Source: Macrostomum lignano
Lineage: Eukaryota
Reading direction: 5' to 3'
Length of the DNA: 64,000 nucleotides
NCBI GenBank assembly: GCA_002269645.1
Contig: NIVC01003439.1
Coordinates: forward strand, 1-64,000
Position numbers and translations under genes: made by a program. The stretch's first letter is position 1. Every line of letters begins with the position of its first letter. The notes beneath the pieces were generated by a model. The model ran no database searches and was not told the origin of the DNA. It was given only the letters and a program-made list of their open reading frames with translations. This document shows positions 48,401-61,269 of this stretch, piece by piece.

Positions 48401-51029
48401 CTCCTCCCGGGATGTTTCTTTGGGATATTGGATATTAGCCGCTACTCACGAATCTATAGCTGATTTGAAATATCTTGAGAGGTAGTCAGCTGACCCCCCC
48501 CCCTCGTGGTGACGCTTTGCCTCCCATGAAGCCACTATACACAGAGCAGCATTACTATGCTTGTTTTTAAATAGGAAACTGTGCATGCATCATCGAGACT
48601 GTAGAAAATAGAAATAGGGTTAGTCCCAATTTTTCCCCCGATTTCCGTTTCCTTAAAACCGCTTTCTTTGTCAGTTTTCATTTCATTTAATTTTTTCACT
48701 TGTAGAATCCATAAAGCTAAGCCACCCTATTGGGTAGAGTCCTTCCTACTTATACAATATCCAGGGGAGAATGAGTGTTGAAAATCTAACGGTTGGAACG
48801 GAAATTGGGTGAACGAAACAATGGGAGAAGTCAGCCAGTGGGGGATAAGAGAGAGGGAGAAAGAGAGGGAAAAGTGAAGCGATTTAACGTGAACGAGAAA
48901 ACTGAAGTATTATTTCTAAGCAAACAGACAGAAATGAAACAGAACAGGCAGAACCAGTCGAACCACGACAGGTGAAAGTGAGATACGGCATGCGGGGAAC
49001 AAAGCGAAATTTTGGCCAGCCGAGAAGCTGTGTTTAAGGCGTCATCACCCAGGCTAGGGAATCGTGTACTGTGAGCAGCAATTCAATCTAATACATATGA
49101 AAAAAACACAGATATATTGGCCATAGACAGGACTTGCCCAGCTGTTAGGCGTCGAACTTGATTCGGAGAGGAGAGGGGGTGGAATTAGAAAAGGGATATT
49201 ATACATAAGGGTATATGGACTGGGGGCAGAGGGGGCTGGGGCTGGGCCCAGCTGTGGGTGTTCGCGGCCTGGTGAATGATGCAATCTGTCTGCAGCTATC
49301 CCTATGGCTATGCCACACACACAGTTCCGGCTCCTATACACTAAATAGGGTCTGCGGTGGTTCACAGAGGAGGGGAGAGGAGAGACCCAAGGGCAGAAGT
49401 TCGAAACTAAGTTCGGAACTAAATACAATAAAATGAATTTCAATGCGTGCAAGCCAACGTGAAAAGCTCCGGCTGGGTGGCGATGACGTAACCGCACCAC
49501 ACACCAGGGGTATGCGCGCACATCAACACAAAATGGAGGAGGGAGTTTCTACACTCTAAACAGACTGACTATATACGAACCGGACCCATCCATTCACCCC
49601 CACCCTGTGACAATCAGTCCCCGGGCACCGGGCACCTGGCACTTAAAAATTCCTTTCCAATAGACAATTAACAGAACTATACTATATTATATACACTATA
49701 CTATACTAATGAATACTATATATGCGTTGACAAAATATACGAGAAAGTGAAATTCTAGGAACTGAAGGATATTATAGGCGAATGGAGGGTCCATACAGAG
49801 CTTACTCTTTAAGCTGTCCCCACAGCACGGGGACTTCCTTCATTCCCTCTGCAGTTCTCTCCTAAATGTATACTCGAAATCCCAAGCCTACTACAGCTCA
49901 AACTCCCATTGCCTCCCAGCCCGTCTGTCTGTGAGCTGCATTGAGCAGGGGGTGAGCTGAGGCCGAGGGGAGGCTTCGGAACCGAAGTTGAGGAAGGGAA
50001 GGCATGCAATGCACGTTCGGGATCGGGGAGGGGTAGAGATGTACTCTACTCTCTTAGTCCCCTATCCCCCTCCGTCCCCTGTCCGCGCCCCCCTTCAGTC
50101 TTCCCCTTTCCCTTTCATTCGTGTGCGTTTGTGGCAACTGACTGGCAACAACTCAAAAAAGGAACGAGATTTAGACCTGGTCCTGAAGTGAACGAGTGTG
50201 CAGAGTGTATGCCATAAAGCAGACACTATATTAAAAAATACGTGAACACAATAAATAATTATGACGAGATTGGATGCATCGATATCGATTTAAACAAGGA
50301 CTGCTGAGAATTCCGAATTTACCACGCTCCAATCACTTCGCTGCACATCGGAGCTCGGAGGTTCGAACATTGATGAATGATGGAGATAGATAGATAGTCA
50401 TGCGAACAAGGGGACCTAGCGGCTCTAAGTCCCAGAACATGGAGGGACGGACAGTTCTGTCTATAAGGGTGGGCCTGAATAAACAAAATGGAAAGCCGCA
50501 GGGGGTTACATAGGCCTATATAACTAAGCACCAAGCGGAACAAGTTCGGGTCTAGGAGAACAAGGACCCCATACGAATTTCTTTGTTCTTCTGGCCGCTA
50601 TTTGCTGCTCCTGCTAGAACATTCTGCAACATACTTCATCGTTCCTATTCCAGTCTCCCATTACGTGGGGCCCCCTTTCACTAACAGATGCAGGCTTGAA
50701 ACAGACAGGTCGGTAAAATGTATCGGACGTGACAAAGTCCCGCATTAGGAATAGGATCAGATCCTTTCTAAAAAGCAGACTAGAGTAGAGTTTGGATGCC
50801 GACCGAATGCCGATTCTGTACTGTACTGTGTTGCGTAACTTGTTGCAATTTTTCTTCTTTTTTGGATCACATATTAACCTCATATAATAATGAAACGTAA
50901 AACCGATAGACAAAATCAGTGTCAAAAACAAATTAAAGCAGAAAATAATAAAGTATACGCAGTCATAATGAAACTTACTGAACGAACTCGCTTGTCTAGC
51001 AGTCTGTCAGCGCTGTAAACGTCGCTCAT
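42417..51029 (-). CDS. Pc: Polycomb/CBX-like chromodomain protein, ~1025 aa, 5 coding exons: 51029-50979, 47884-47841, 47743-47681, 45740-45134, 44729-42417
   Basis: Exons 1-3 splice (GT-AG, consistent phases) to MSDVYSADRLLDKRVRS|GRTEYLVKWKGWSVK|DSTWEPEKNILDKRLIQEF, a Pc-type chromodomain. Exon 5 has AT-hook KRGRPK (44076-44093), Pc-box-like GRIVLTQVRVNGLDVLFRE (43899-43955) and PMDLS (42495-42509). Total 3078 nt, in frame. Confidence 0.87.
45860..46330. repeat. ~32-bp intronic minisatellite (AATTTATCCCAACATCCTCCTAGCTGAATCCC)
   Basis: Direct inspection; lies in Pc intron 3. Confidence 0.9.
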
Positions 51030-53389
51030 GATGCTGATTGTTATATTCTCTACAGCAGTCGAATCGGAGAAAATAGAACTTGGACAAATTTATTTAGGGT
51101 CGTCTTTTAAGATAAAAATATACGTATACGAATCACCTAATACTAAAATCAAGGAGAATAAAAATGGGGGAAAGGAGGCTTAACTAAACTCTTCGAGGCA
51201 GCAGGCCTAATGCTAAAAGGGGGGCTTGGCGTGCCGTGCCTCTCTCTGCCTACACTGGGCCGGTGTGTGCGGTGTGCTTTGGTGAGACTCTGGCGGGCTG
51301 AATAAAATCAATAGGGCCAGTGAACGCCTATATGAAGGGTAGAACCGGGGAGGGGTGGGTACCGCTTGGGGAGGGGTGAGAAAGTGGGGGTGGGTGGTCC
51401 AACCCTTTATTTCACCGTCAACCCCCCTTCCACTGCCTTTTCCACAAATTTTCGTTGCGGCTCTCCTTCAACCCAAGCCCAATTGGGTCTCAGCGGGCGC
51501 TCCACGGGCCAAAGCGGGGGGCCGGTTCGTCCTTCAAGGCGGTGGAGAATTTTGGTTGGCTGCTCTGCCGTCGTGGCGGTTGGGGCGGGTGGCGCGAGAG
51601 CCTGGCGGGCTCTGAACGCACATTTAGACCCTATGACTTGAAACAAGTTTATTGACGCTATGGCTGGCGCTGTCGGGGCGGGGCGGGGGTAGAAAAATTG
51701 TGGGTGTAGGACGCTAGCGAGATTTTGCCGGAGCAAGCGAATGAGAGAAATGGGGTGGTTGACCCAGGAGAGGGGTAGACAGATAGGAGAGGGTGGCTAT
51801 GCGAGTGAGGGGGGCTTTTGCCCCATTAGTTTGGAGGGACTGGGCCATCCAACCCCCAACCTCGTTGGCCAAAAAGCTGCGGGGCTTGAATTTAGTGAAT
51901 ACAGAAGAGCTTTCCAAAATATTCTTCGTTCCAAAGGCCCCTAGCCCGCTCCGCCCCACCCCACTCCGCCTTCATCCAAACACACGGTCAGCCCTCCCTC
52001 TCTCACCACGCCACCCACATTGCAGCCCTCTTGCAGGCTCCCCTGACAGACCGGGAAGTGAGCGCAGGGCGGGGCGGGGGAGGGAACGCAGGCGGGTTGG
52101 CATGGATATGTGAAAAAAGGAAGGAAGCCAAGTAAAGGAGGGGGCTGCGTGTGAAGGCTTTAGTGTGTTGGGGAGGTGGGTTTGGCAAGCCAACCAAAGT
52201 AAACAGCTGCGGAGCGAGAGAGAAAAGGCTTGTGTAGGAAGGGTAAAACCGGGCTGGATAGAAAAAAGACTGAACGAGGCAAACCGACGAGCCCCTCGCA
52301 GCTAGGAACGAGCTTGCGCGTGTGGCCTGCGCGCGCGAAGGCCACCCGCTCCCCCTCCCCAATCGCCTGCCCCCCTCCCGGGGACGGAGCGGAGTGGGGA
52401 ATTCGGTAAGGGAGACAGGACTCCTTCTCTACCCCTCCCCGCTCTGTCTGTCTACTGCGGAATTTGCGCTTTAGTCGACGGGTCTAAACCTAAACCTAAA
52501 GCAAAGTAAGCAATCGAAGGAAAGGCGTTGGGACAGGAGGACGATTCGAGGGAAAAGGAGGCCTCCCCCGTGTGTGTGATACTGATAAGGCGAGTTGAAT
52601 ATGCGAAAATAGGTTAAAAAGACAGTGGCAACGTGGCGTCGTCAATTTAATGGTGTAGGAAGAATTGCTACAGCATAAAATTAATAGTTTATAAAATATA
52701 GATAATGCATCAGAGTCCTGTGATGCTCAAACAGAGCGATCCAATTGCTTGCAAAGTAACCATATCCGGGAACTGGGGCACATGAGACCCTTAGCCAATT
52801 TTTTTGACTAGCGAAATCTCATGGGGCTGTGCTGGCTTGGCAAAGTTTGCAGTGTGTGCTCAAGGATTCAAGATTGAGCTCTCATTATTGAGCTAAACAA
52901 TTTCTTTTTGTTAATGAAGCCGCCTTGCTTTGAAGAGCATAAAAACCCCTGAACTATACTTAACGAACTGATTTATTGCTGGGGAATGGCGATTTCGTCT
53001 ATTCATTGAAAAGTACGAGCATCTACTTCAAGTAGTGAGGATTTTTGTTACATTGCGGTACCTTAGAAGTGTTAACTAAATATTTAATGAATTGGAGTCG
53101 CTCCGTAATACGTTTCCGCAGGTGTGATGACAATCGTGGCATGTTTTTATCCATTATAATTAGGCTTAGCCAACAATGTTGATAGTGTTAATTGTTATTT
53201 GCGTCATTGCTTTCGAAAAAGTAATATATCATACATCACTGGATCAAACAGAATGCATCAAATAAGTTAATTAGATAATTCGTTATATTCCTGATAGCTC
53301 GTATTCAATATAAATTGTCAGAGGCGTCCATCCTGACAGAAAATGGAACTGTCAGAAGCGATGAGTCAATTTTCAATCCTGACAGAAAT

Positions 53390-53750
53390 TGGAATTGTCA
53401 GAAGTAAGGCATCATACTGACAGACAATGGAAGTGTGTATCAGAAGCGAGGCGTCAGTACTGACAGACAGTGGAAGTGTCAGAAGCGAGGCGTCAGTACT
53501 GACAGACAGTGGAAGTGTCAGAAGCGAGGCGTCAGTACTGACAGACAGTGGAAGTGTCAGAAGCGAGGCGTCAGTACTGACAGACAGTGGAAGTGTCAGA
53601 AGCGAGGCGTCAGTACTGACAGACAGTGGAAGTGTCAGAAGCGAGGCGTCAGTACTGACAGACAGTGGAAGTGTCAGAAGCGAGGCGTCAGTACTGACAG
53701 ACAGTGGAAGTGTCAGAAGCGAGGCGTCAGTACTGACAGACAATGACTGA
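53390..53750. repeat. 39-bp minisatellite GTCAGAAGCGAGGCGTCAGTACTGACAGACAGTGGAAGT
   Basis: Direct inspection. Confidence 0.93.
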
Positions 53751-54194
53751 CTCACTTCTGTCAGTCAGAAGTGAGGCGTCAATCCTGACAGGTATTGGAG
53801 GTGTTAACCTGACAGGTATTAAAAGTGCCCAAAATTCTGCCTGACAATCACATACATATCTTGTCTGTGACGACTCTTTGATCTTGAATAGCAACTGCAT
53901 GCAGCTAAAAATCTAGTCTCATTTATATGCGGATTATATCAGAAGGAAGGAGTGTCAGGCCGTACTAGAATGGACAGGTTTTGAAGTGTGCCATTTGGCA
54001 TTTGGCATGCATGAAAAGATTGAATTTCTCGCATTTATTTCTATATAGCTATTTATATGCCACACAACGAATCGGGCATGAACAATGGGGTGTGCGGCTA
54101 TGATCCACTCGAAGATCCGTATGTCCTGTCGCGTCCTGTCCCGGCCACGTGCAGCAGTGCCCTGTGCCCATACGAGCGTATCCTGCATGCTATG

Positions 54195-55122
54195 TAGTGC
54201 GTCCACAAAGTTCTTAGACACCCTTCCTATCTCTGCATCTGTTCAATCGATTTTTATAAAAATCAACACAAACATGGACCAATGTGTAATGAATTCAGTG
54301 CTAAAGTTTCAGCTTAATGGGGTTGACAGAGCAAAAGCAATCGATCATTTACTGAGGAACCAACGAAATTAGCAATACTATTTTAAACTCAACAAAATAT
54401 AAAAGTTAACGAGCAAACAGTTCAAACTGACAAGTTCCAGAACTTCAAAAACAGATCACCAATCGTGAAAATCATCAGAAGAATCTTCATTCCGTCGAAT
54501 GCACTTGTCATATCGCATCGGCAACTCCTCATCCTCAATCCACGCCGATCACATATCCCCTAGGTGTCGCTCTGATCAGCCCCTCAGCAGCCGCTTACAG
54601 CTCGGGGAAGCTGGCGAACCGCTGGCCTCTTGGACTCATCCTGCGTGCTGAATCTGCTCAGATTGAACTCGTCTCCCAGAGCTGAAATTGCCGCCCTTTG
54701 TTGCAAGCAGACTTCGTATAGGCGATTCTTCTGACTCTGAATCTGAATCTCTGCGCACTCTGCGTTCTTTTTTGCTCTTTAATCTATGGCTAAACCTTCA
54801 CAGCTTGCATTAGTATTAAATCAATTAAGGTATTTATCAATACTCAGCGAAAGCAGTGATATTTTGCTGATTAATTTTCAGACAATGCGCTGCAATGTCA
54901 CCACTGGAGTCCAGATTCGATGCTCTTCAAATATCGTATTGCTAATTTCGTAGGTTCCCCAGTAAATGATCGATTGCTTTTGCTCTGTCAACCCGATTAA
55001 GCTGAAACGTTAGCATTGAATTCATTACATATAGGCCCATACTTGTGTAAATTTTTATAAAAATCTGTTGAACAGATGCAGAGATAGGAGGAGGGTTGTC
55101 TAAGAACTTTTTGGACGTACTA
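54195..55122. mobile_element. Non-autonomous DNA element with ~190-bp imperfect terminal inverted repeats (possibly Tc1/mariner-like)
   Basis: 54195-~54384 (TAGTGCGTCCACAAAGTTCTTAGACA...) is the reverse complement of ~54929-55122; TA at both ends; no transposase motif inside. Confidence 0.75.
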
Positions 55123-55499
55123 AGGTATATATTTTCTAAAATTCATGCATTACATTAATATATATCATATTTATCTCTTCAATATGAAATATGTATATAT
55201 GAAACCTACAAAATTTTCTTCTATAGTGCAGGATGCATGCAGACTTTGAAAGAAAAATCGTAGTGTAGGCCTTCATGGACTGAGTGTTGCAGTCTATCAG
55301 CAATCAATCAATCTGTATTCTTTTTCGATAGCCACACTGTACACTGACTTCTCTTTCCTGCACGTATTTCGACTCTTCAAAGCCCCCAAATTAATTTATC
55401 TATACTATTGGGCCCCAAAATTTTTAGAGCAACTAAACAAACTTTACGGTCTTCACTATCAACAGGAAATTTCACAAACCCCTTTAAGCCCGTTAAGCT

Positions 55500-56025
55500 T
55501 AACCGCCCCCATTAAAGCTTCACAATACCCATTAAAGCTTCACAATACCCATTAAAGCTTCACAATACCCATTAAAGCTTCACGATCCTCATTAGCCTCT
55601 TCATAATCCTATTAAACTATTCACAATCTCACGCTGAAACTTCACAATCCCACACTGAAGCTTCACAATCCTATTAAACTCTTCACAATCCTATTAAACT
55701 CTTCACAATCCTATTAAACTCCTCACAATCCCTATTAAACTCTTCACAATCCTATTAAACTCTTCACAATCCTATTAAACTCCTCACAATCCCTATTAAA
55801 CTCTTCACAATCATATTAAACTCTTCACAATCCTATTAAACTCTTCACAATCCCACATTGAAGCTTCACAATCCCTATTAAACTCTTCACAATCCTATTA
55901 AACTCTTCACAATCCCACACTGAAGCTTCACAATCCCTATTAAACTCTTCACAATCCCACACTGAAGCTTCACAATCCCTATTAAACTCTTCACAATCCC
56001 ACACTGAAGCTTCACAATCCCCATT
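55500..56025. repeat. ~20-bp minisatellite CACAATCCTATTAAACTCTT
   Basis: Direct inspection. Confidence 0.9.
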
Positions 56026-56724
56026 GAAACGTCACATAAATGTTATTTAAAAGGCGGTCAGGCTTCGCAGGTAAAAACACGATGGCCCTCATAATGCATA
56101 TAGCTATGAAGAGAATTTCTCTCCAATATAACATAGCGTGTCCCGCTTTGCATCTCAACGACCTGCACCCATGAAAGAGAGGCGGGCAGGGAGGCACGCG
56201 CAGCCCCCCCCCCCCCCCTGTCTCCTATAGCGAGCAAGCAGGCATGCATGGCGAAGGCGAGACGTGCACACAGCTGTAGCACTTGCAGCACTGCCGGAGT
56301 GAAATGTATGTACACATGCACTGTGGGACAGGGGAGAGGGGAGAGAGAGATAGAGAGACTGGCATGGGAAGCAAGCGAAGGGGCGTGGGAGAAGAGGAGA
56401 AAAGATTACAAGACAAGAAGGCGATCGATGGACAGCTTCTGTATACCCTCTCTGTATATTGAAACTAAGAAAGAAGGCTTGCAAGCATTTTTCCCTAATC
56501 GCGTGATCTTTAATATTGCCATGGGAGAAAAGGGAGAAAACAGTGCTAGCGCTGACTGGCCCCTAGTATTATATATTCTGTTTGTTACAAAGTAAGGATT
56601 ATTTAAGAGTTAGCAAAAATAAAACGGTGCACAGCGGTGCACATGTAACATTGCAGTAATTGAGCACTGTAATACCAGTGAAAAGTGAATATGAATTCGA
56701 TTTTTCCACCGGGGCGTGAGGATC

Positions 56725-57125
56725 AGGATGTTGGGATCGGGGATCAGGGTGTGGTAATCGGGGTGTGGGAATCGGGGTGTGGGAATCGGGGTGTAGGGAT
56801 CAGGGTGTGGGGATGAGGGTGTGGGGATGAGGGTGTGGGGATCAGGATGTGGGGATCAGGGTGTGGGGATCAGGGTGTGGGGATCAGGATGTGGGGATCA
56901 GGGTGTGGTAATCGGGGTGTGGGAATCGGGGTGTGGTAATTAGGGTGTGGTGATCAGGGTATAGGAATCATGATGTAGGGGTGTGGGAATTAAGGTGTGG
57001 GGATCAGGATGTGGGGATTAGGGTTTGGGAATCAGGGTGTGGGAATTAGGGTGTGGGAATCAAGGTGTGGGGATCAGGGTTTGGGGATTAGGGTGTGGTA
57101 ATCGGAGTGTGGGAATCAGTGGTAT
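56725..57125. repeat. 14-bp G-rich repeat (GGGGATCAGGGTGT), G-quadruplex-prone
   Basis: Direct inspection. Confidence 0.9.
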
Positions 57126-57629
57126 GAGAATCAAAAGAGTATTATATTAAAAAATTACGCATCCGTCCATTTTGGATGGGTTAAATAAATATGCGAGCTC
57201 ATTTATAGTTGACCAAATACACAACTGGGGCAGAGCAGTTCGGCGGTAACCGCGTCTGACTCTCAAGCCATGGCCCTTGGTTCGATTCTGCGCGCGGTCC
57301 CGCATTCATTTGGGCTTGTGTGCACGAACATTGGCTACTGCGATGCACACCGACGTATGAAGGCCAAACCCCCAAGGCACAGTGTACATGCCTGACGATT
57401 AGAAAGTCAGGGCTGCTGTACACCCTCAGTGCTGTGCCTGTGTACAGTATTGACGCGCTTGCGTGTGCTCAAGAGTCAGCGGAATGGCCAGAATTGCCTC
57501 AGTGCTGCTTGTGGGACAATGTCACCGAGAGCTCTGCACCAGGGTGCCCACAGCCCTCCTGCGAGTATTATTATCAAGATGAAGAACAGCTCAATGATCG
57601 ACGAATGGCCGATTTTAAGGTCGTTCTGT

Positions 57630-58140
57630 GACGGGTGATTCTGGGAAGTTTGTAGGAAATAGTTGAAGGACGGGTGATTATGGGAAGTTTGTAGGAAATA
57701 GCTGAAGGGCCTGCTGATTCTGGGAAGTTTCTAGGAAATAGTTTAAGGACGGGTGATTCTGGGAAGTTTCTAGGAAATAGTTTGAGGACGGGTGATTATG
57801 GGAAGTTTCTAGGAAATAGTTGAAGGACGGGTGATTATGGGAAGTTTGTAGGAAATAGCTGAAGGGCCTGCTGATTCTGGGAAGTTTCTAGGAAATAGTT
57901 TAAGGACGGGTGATTCTGGGAAGTTTCTAGGAAATAGTTTGAGGACGGGTGATTATGGGAAGTTTCTAGGAAATAGTTGAAGGACGGGTGATTATGGGAA
58001 GTTTCTAGGAAATAGTTTGAGGACGAGTGATTATGGGAAGTTTCTAGGAAATAGTTTAAGGACGGGTGATTATGGGAAGTTAAGTTTCCTAGGAAATAGT
58101 TAAAGGAAAGGACGGGTGATTACGGGAAGTTTCTAGGAAA
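57630..58140. repeat. 39-bp minisatellite (TGGGAAGTTTCTAGGAAATAGTTTAAGGACGGGTGATTC)
   Basis: Direct inspection. Confidence 0.92.
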
Positions 58141-59311
58141 TTGTTTAAGGGTGGAGTCTGGAAAATTTCCTTAAAAATGGTTCTAGGGCTGATTCTATAG
58201 ATTTTTATGACTACCATCAACGAAATAATTTATGTATGAGCGTAGTTCGTATACGAGTCGTATTGGTCAAGTTAAAGCAAATTTCGAGCTCTATCTTTAA
58301 AGCAAATTATTTATAGGAAAGCTTGAATATTGATATACTCGTATCTACAAGCTCAGCTTCAGATTAAATCTGGGTGGCAAACAATCTCTTGCTTGTCCGC
58401 CTTTTATTTTTACCGTATTTAACTATGAAAAATATACACACCTGCAATGGAAATGCACTCAGCAACATAATTTTAGTTTCCACCACGAAACCAGTTCATG
58501 AGGACTGAGAACTGAGAGTGGACCAAAGCTAGAGGGCTTTGTGACGCAAATTGCATCACCCACAGTTGAGACGAAAACCGCGGGCGTGTTGCGAATTGCG
58601 TCATGCACTTGGTGCTGAAGAGCCGGGAAAAGTTGACCACTGGAAACTTTAACGTATTGCTTCTACGAGTATTGTAATCTACGAGTATAGTGATGTTTTC
58701 AAGCTTTGAATTACTATAAAAATATGCCTTTATGGATTTGTTGAAAATCAAATTGCTGTGAAGCGGGCGCCAAATCAGCTGGCAAGGGGCGCCACAGCTG
58801 CTGTGAAAAGGGCGCCAAAATCAGCTGACAAAGGGGCGCCACAGCTGGTGTGAAGGGGCGCCATAGCTGCCATTTCCTCCGTTATACTAATATTAAGGCT
58901 TCTAACTTAATTATAGGGATTGTAGCCTATGAAATTGCCCCTTCAAGTTCCCATTAGGTGGCTGTCACAATCCCGAAAGTGTCCTATCACCATCCACGTA
59001 ATAATGATCTTTAATTAGATCCCATTATCCAAGGTGTTGATCTTATTCTTATGGAGTAAATGTGACTTGAACGATGCGAAGTTTCGAAATTTTGAAATTT
59101 TAACGATGTGATTTATAATGATTCTCGTAAAGAGCTTTGTAGAGGGAGGGTGCAGGCTGGGTTTATTACTATTGGGATTCTTTAGCTTTCAAGACTTCTA
59201 TCAATTGTCAAATCTGAGTAATCTGTAAACATGGAGTCTGCAGACTTATGAAAACCTCCGTAGGTCAGAGAGGCTCCAGGTAGAGATGCCGGCGATTTTG
59301 AATGGTTAGAC

Positions 59312-60156
59312 CATAGGGTTCGGCAAACGTTTTTACCTCAAGGGCCGAATAGAGAACTTAGAGAATGACTGCGGGCTGGAGAAGGCAAGATAGGAGAGGG
59401 AATAGCGAAAAGAGAAGGGATCTAAGAGAAAGGAGAGACGAGAGAATAAAGGAGAAGAAAGGAGGGGAGAGAAGAGGAGAGAGGAGAGAGGAGAGAAAAG
59501 GAGAGAAGAGAGGGGAGAGGAGAAAAGAGATGAGGAGAGAGGAGATGATAGAGAATAGAGAGAAAAGAAAGGAGAGAGATGAAGAGAGGAGGAGAAAAAA
59601 GGAGAGAGAAGAGAGGAGAGAAGAGATGAGGAGAGAGATGATAGAGAAGAGAGGAGAGAAGAGATGAGGAGAGAGGAGATGATAGAGAAGAGAGGAGAGA
59701 AGAGATGAGGAGAGAGATGATAGAAAAGAGAGGAGAGAAGAGATGAGGAGAGAGGAGATGATAGAGAAGAGAGGAGAGAAGAGATGAGGAGAGAGATGAT
59801 AGAAAAGAGAGGAGAGGAGAGAGGAGAGGACAGGAGAGAGAATAGAGGAGATGATAGAAAAAGAGGAGAGAAGAAAGGAGAGAAGAGATGATAGAGAAGA
59901 GAGGAGAGAATAGAGGAGAGAGGAGATGATAGAGAAGAGAGGAGAGAAGAGAGGAGAGGAGAGAGGAGAGAGGAGAGAGGAGATGATAGAGAAGAGAAGA
60001 GAGGAGAGAAGAGAGGAAGAGAGTAGAGAGAAGATTAGAGACAAAAGTGCTGAGAAGAGATATAAACATTGAGCGGGCCGAATGGCTATTGTACGGTTTC
60101 AAAGGACCAGAGGGCCGGATGGAGAGGCTCTGCGGGTCGGAGTTTGCCGACCCCTG
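59312..60156. mobile_element. Non-autonomous hAT (Charlie/Buster-type) element with a GA-rich simple-repeat interior
   Basis: Ends CATAGGGTTCGGCAAAC...GTTTGCCGACCCCTG; 8-bp TSD GGTTAGAC (central TA) at 59304-59311 and 60157-60164. Confidence 0.8.
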
Positions 60157-60436
60157 GGTTAGACTGACGCCAGCTGGCATTCTGAAATTAAACGCAGGAT
60201 ACTGAAAACAAAAACAAAGAAAAGACTGGCTGCTAAAAATAAGAATTCCATTTTTTTCAATCCATTTTCACCTGCCAATCGTTCGATTCAACAACAAGAA
60301 GTATTATTTATTTTTGCCAAACAAATTCACAAAACAGGCTTTAGTTTGTTTTTTCAAACTCTGCTCAACGCACAAAAGCTGGCAAACACACACGGACACG
60401 CGGTTTGGTCAGTGTTGATGATTATTCATTCCAGTT

Positions 60437-61171
60437 TCACTTAGCAGCGCTGGTGCTCTCCCGCATAGAGTGGGAGCGGGACCGCTTCCTCTCCGCCTTG
60501 CGCTCCCTGGCCTCCTTGGCTCGCTGGCCAATCAGCTTGGCGTACTCGGCCGCCTCTTCGCGTTTCTTTGTGGCGCGCCGGCGCTTCAGTGCCACGCGAT
60601 GGCGCTTGCGCTGCAGCACAATTGGCGTCACCAGGCGCTGGATCTTCGGCGCCTTGGTGCGCTCCGGCTTGCCCTCCTTGGTCTTCTTCTTCTGCCGGAT
60701 CACGTACGCCCTGACGTCGTCTTTCTTAGTCAGCTGGAACATCCGCCGGATGTTGGAGGCCCGCTTCGGGCCCAGACGGCGCGGCACGGTGGTGTCAGTG
60801 AGGCCGGGGATCTCGCCGGGGCCTTTGTGCACGATCACCAGGCTGAGCACGGACAGGTTCGAGTCCACGATGCAGCCGCGCACAGACTTGCGCTTCCGTT
60901 CGCCTGTCCGGCGCGGCTTGTAGCAGGAGTGTCCGGCGGACAGCAGCAGGCGGACGCGGCCATTGGTGAGCACGCCCTGCTTCATGGGGAAGCCCTGCTT
61001 GTCGTTGCCGCCGCTGATACGGACAACGTAGCCCTTCCACTCCTCGCCAAGGCTGTCGGCTGGCACCTCGGCCGACATGCGCTTCTCAAAGAATGGCGTC
61101 AGCTTCTTGATGTCGTCAACTTCGAAGCATTTCTGCGACCCGGCGGTCGGGAAACTGACGTTGATCTTCAT
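60437..61171 (-). CDS. RPS6: 40S ribosomal protein S6 (eS6), intronless CDS, 244 aa
   Basis: [14 protein letters not shown]...[25 protein letters not shown]...[12 protein letters not shown]...[14 protein letters not shown]...[10 protein letters not shown]; Ser-rich C-terminus. Confidence 0.98.
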   Translation of the reverse strand: MKINVSFPTAGSQKCFEVDDIKKLTPFFEKRMSAEVPADSLGEEWKGYVVRISGGNDKQGFPMKQGVLTNGRVRLLLSAGHSCYKPRRTGERKRKSVRGCIVDSNLSVLSLVIVHKGPGEIPGLTDTTVPRRLGPKRASNIRRMFQLTKKDDVRAYVIRQKKKTKEGKPERTKAPKIQRLVTPIVLQRKRHRVALKRRRATKKREEAAEYAKLIGQRAKEARERKAERKRSRSHSMRESTSAAK

Positions 61172-61190
61172 TTAGTTGGAATTTGCTGGC

Positions 61191-61215
61191 GGAAAGGCAG
61201 CAGAATTTGAAGAGG
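61191..61215 (-). promoter_or_regulatory. Candidate TCT / 5'-TOP initiator(s) of RPS6
   Basis: CCTTTCC (61191-61197) and CCTCTTC (61209-61215) on the minus strand, 20-44 nt upstream of the ATG; both match YCTYTYY. Confidence 0.5.
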
Positions 61216-61269
61216 ATCTTGTAGTAATAAAAATTTTCCAAACACCGACTCATTCTCAAAAAATCTTCA

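Noticed and set aside
47900-50950. Additional genes or RNA genes in the first Pc intron
   Set aside because: Short ORFs without motifs; no tRNA, rRNA or snoRNA structure that I could support by eye.
56725-57125. Interstitial telomeric repeat
   Set aside because: Only scattered TTAGGG words within a 14-bp G-rich unit; not a TTAGGG array.
59358-60180. Leu/Ser-rich 'membrane protein' ORFs
   Set aside because: Translation of the GA-rich simple repeat inside the hAT element.
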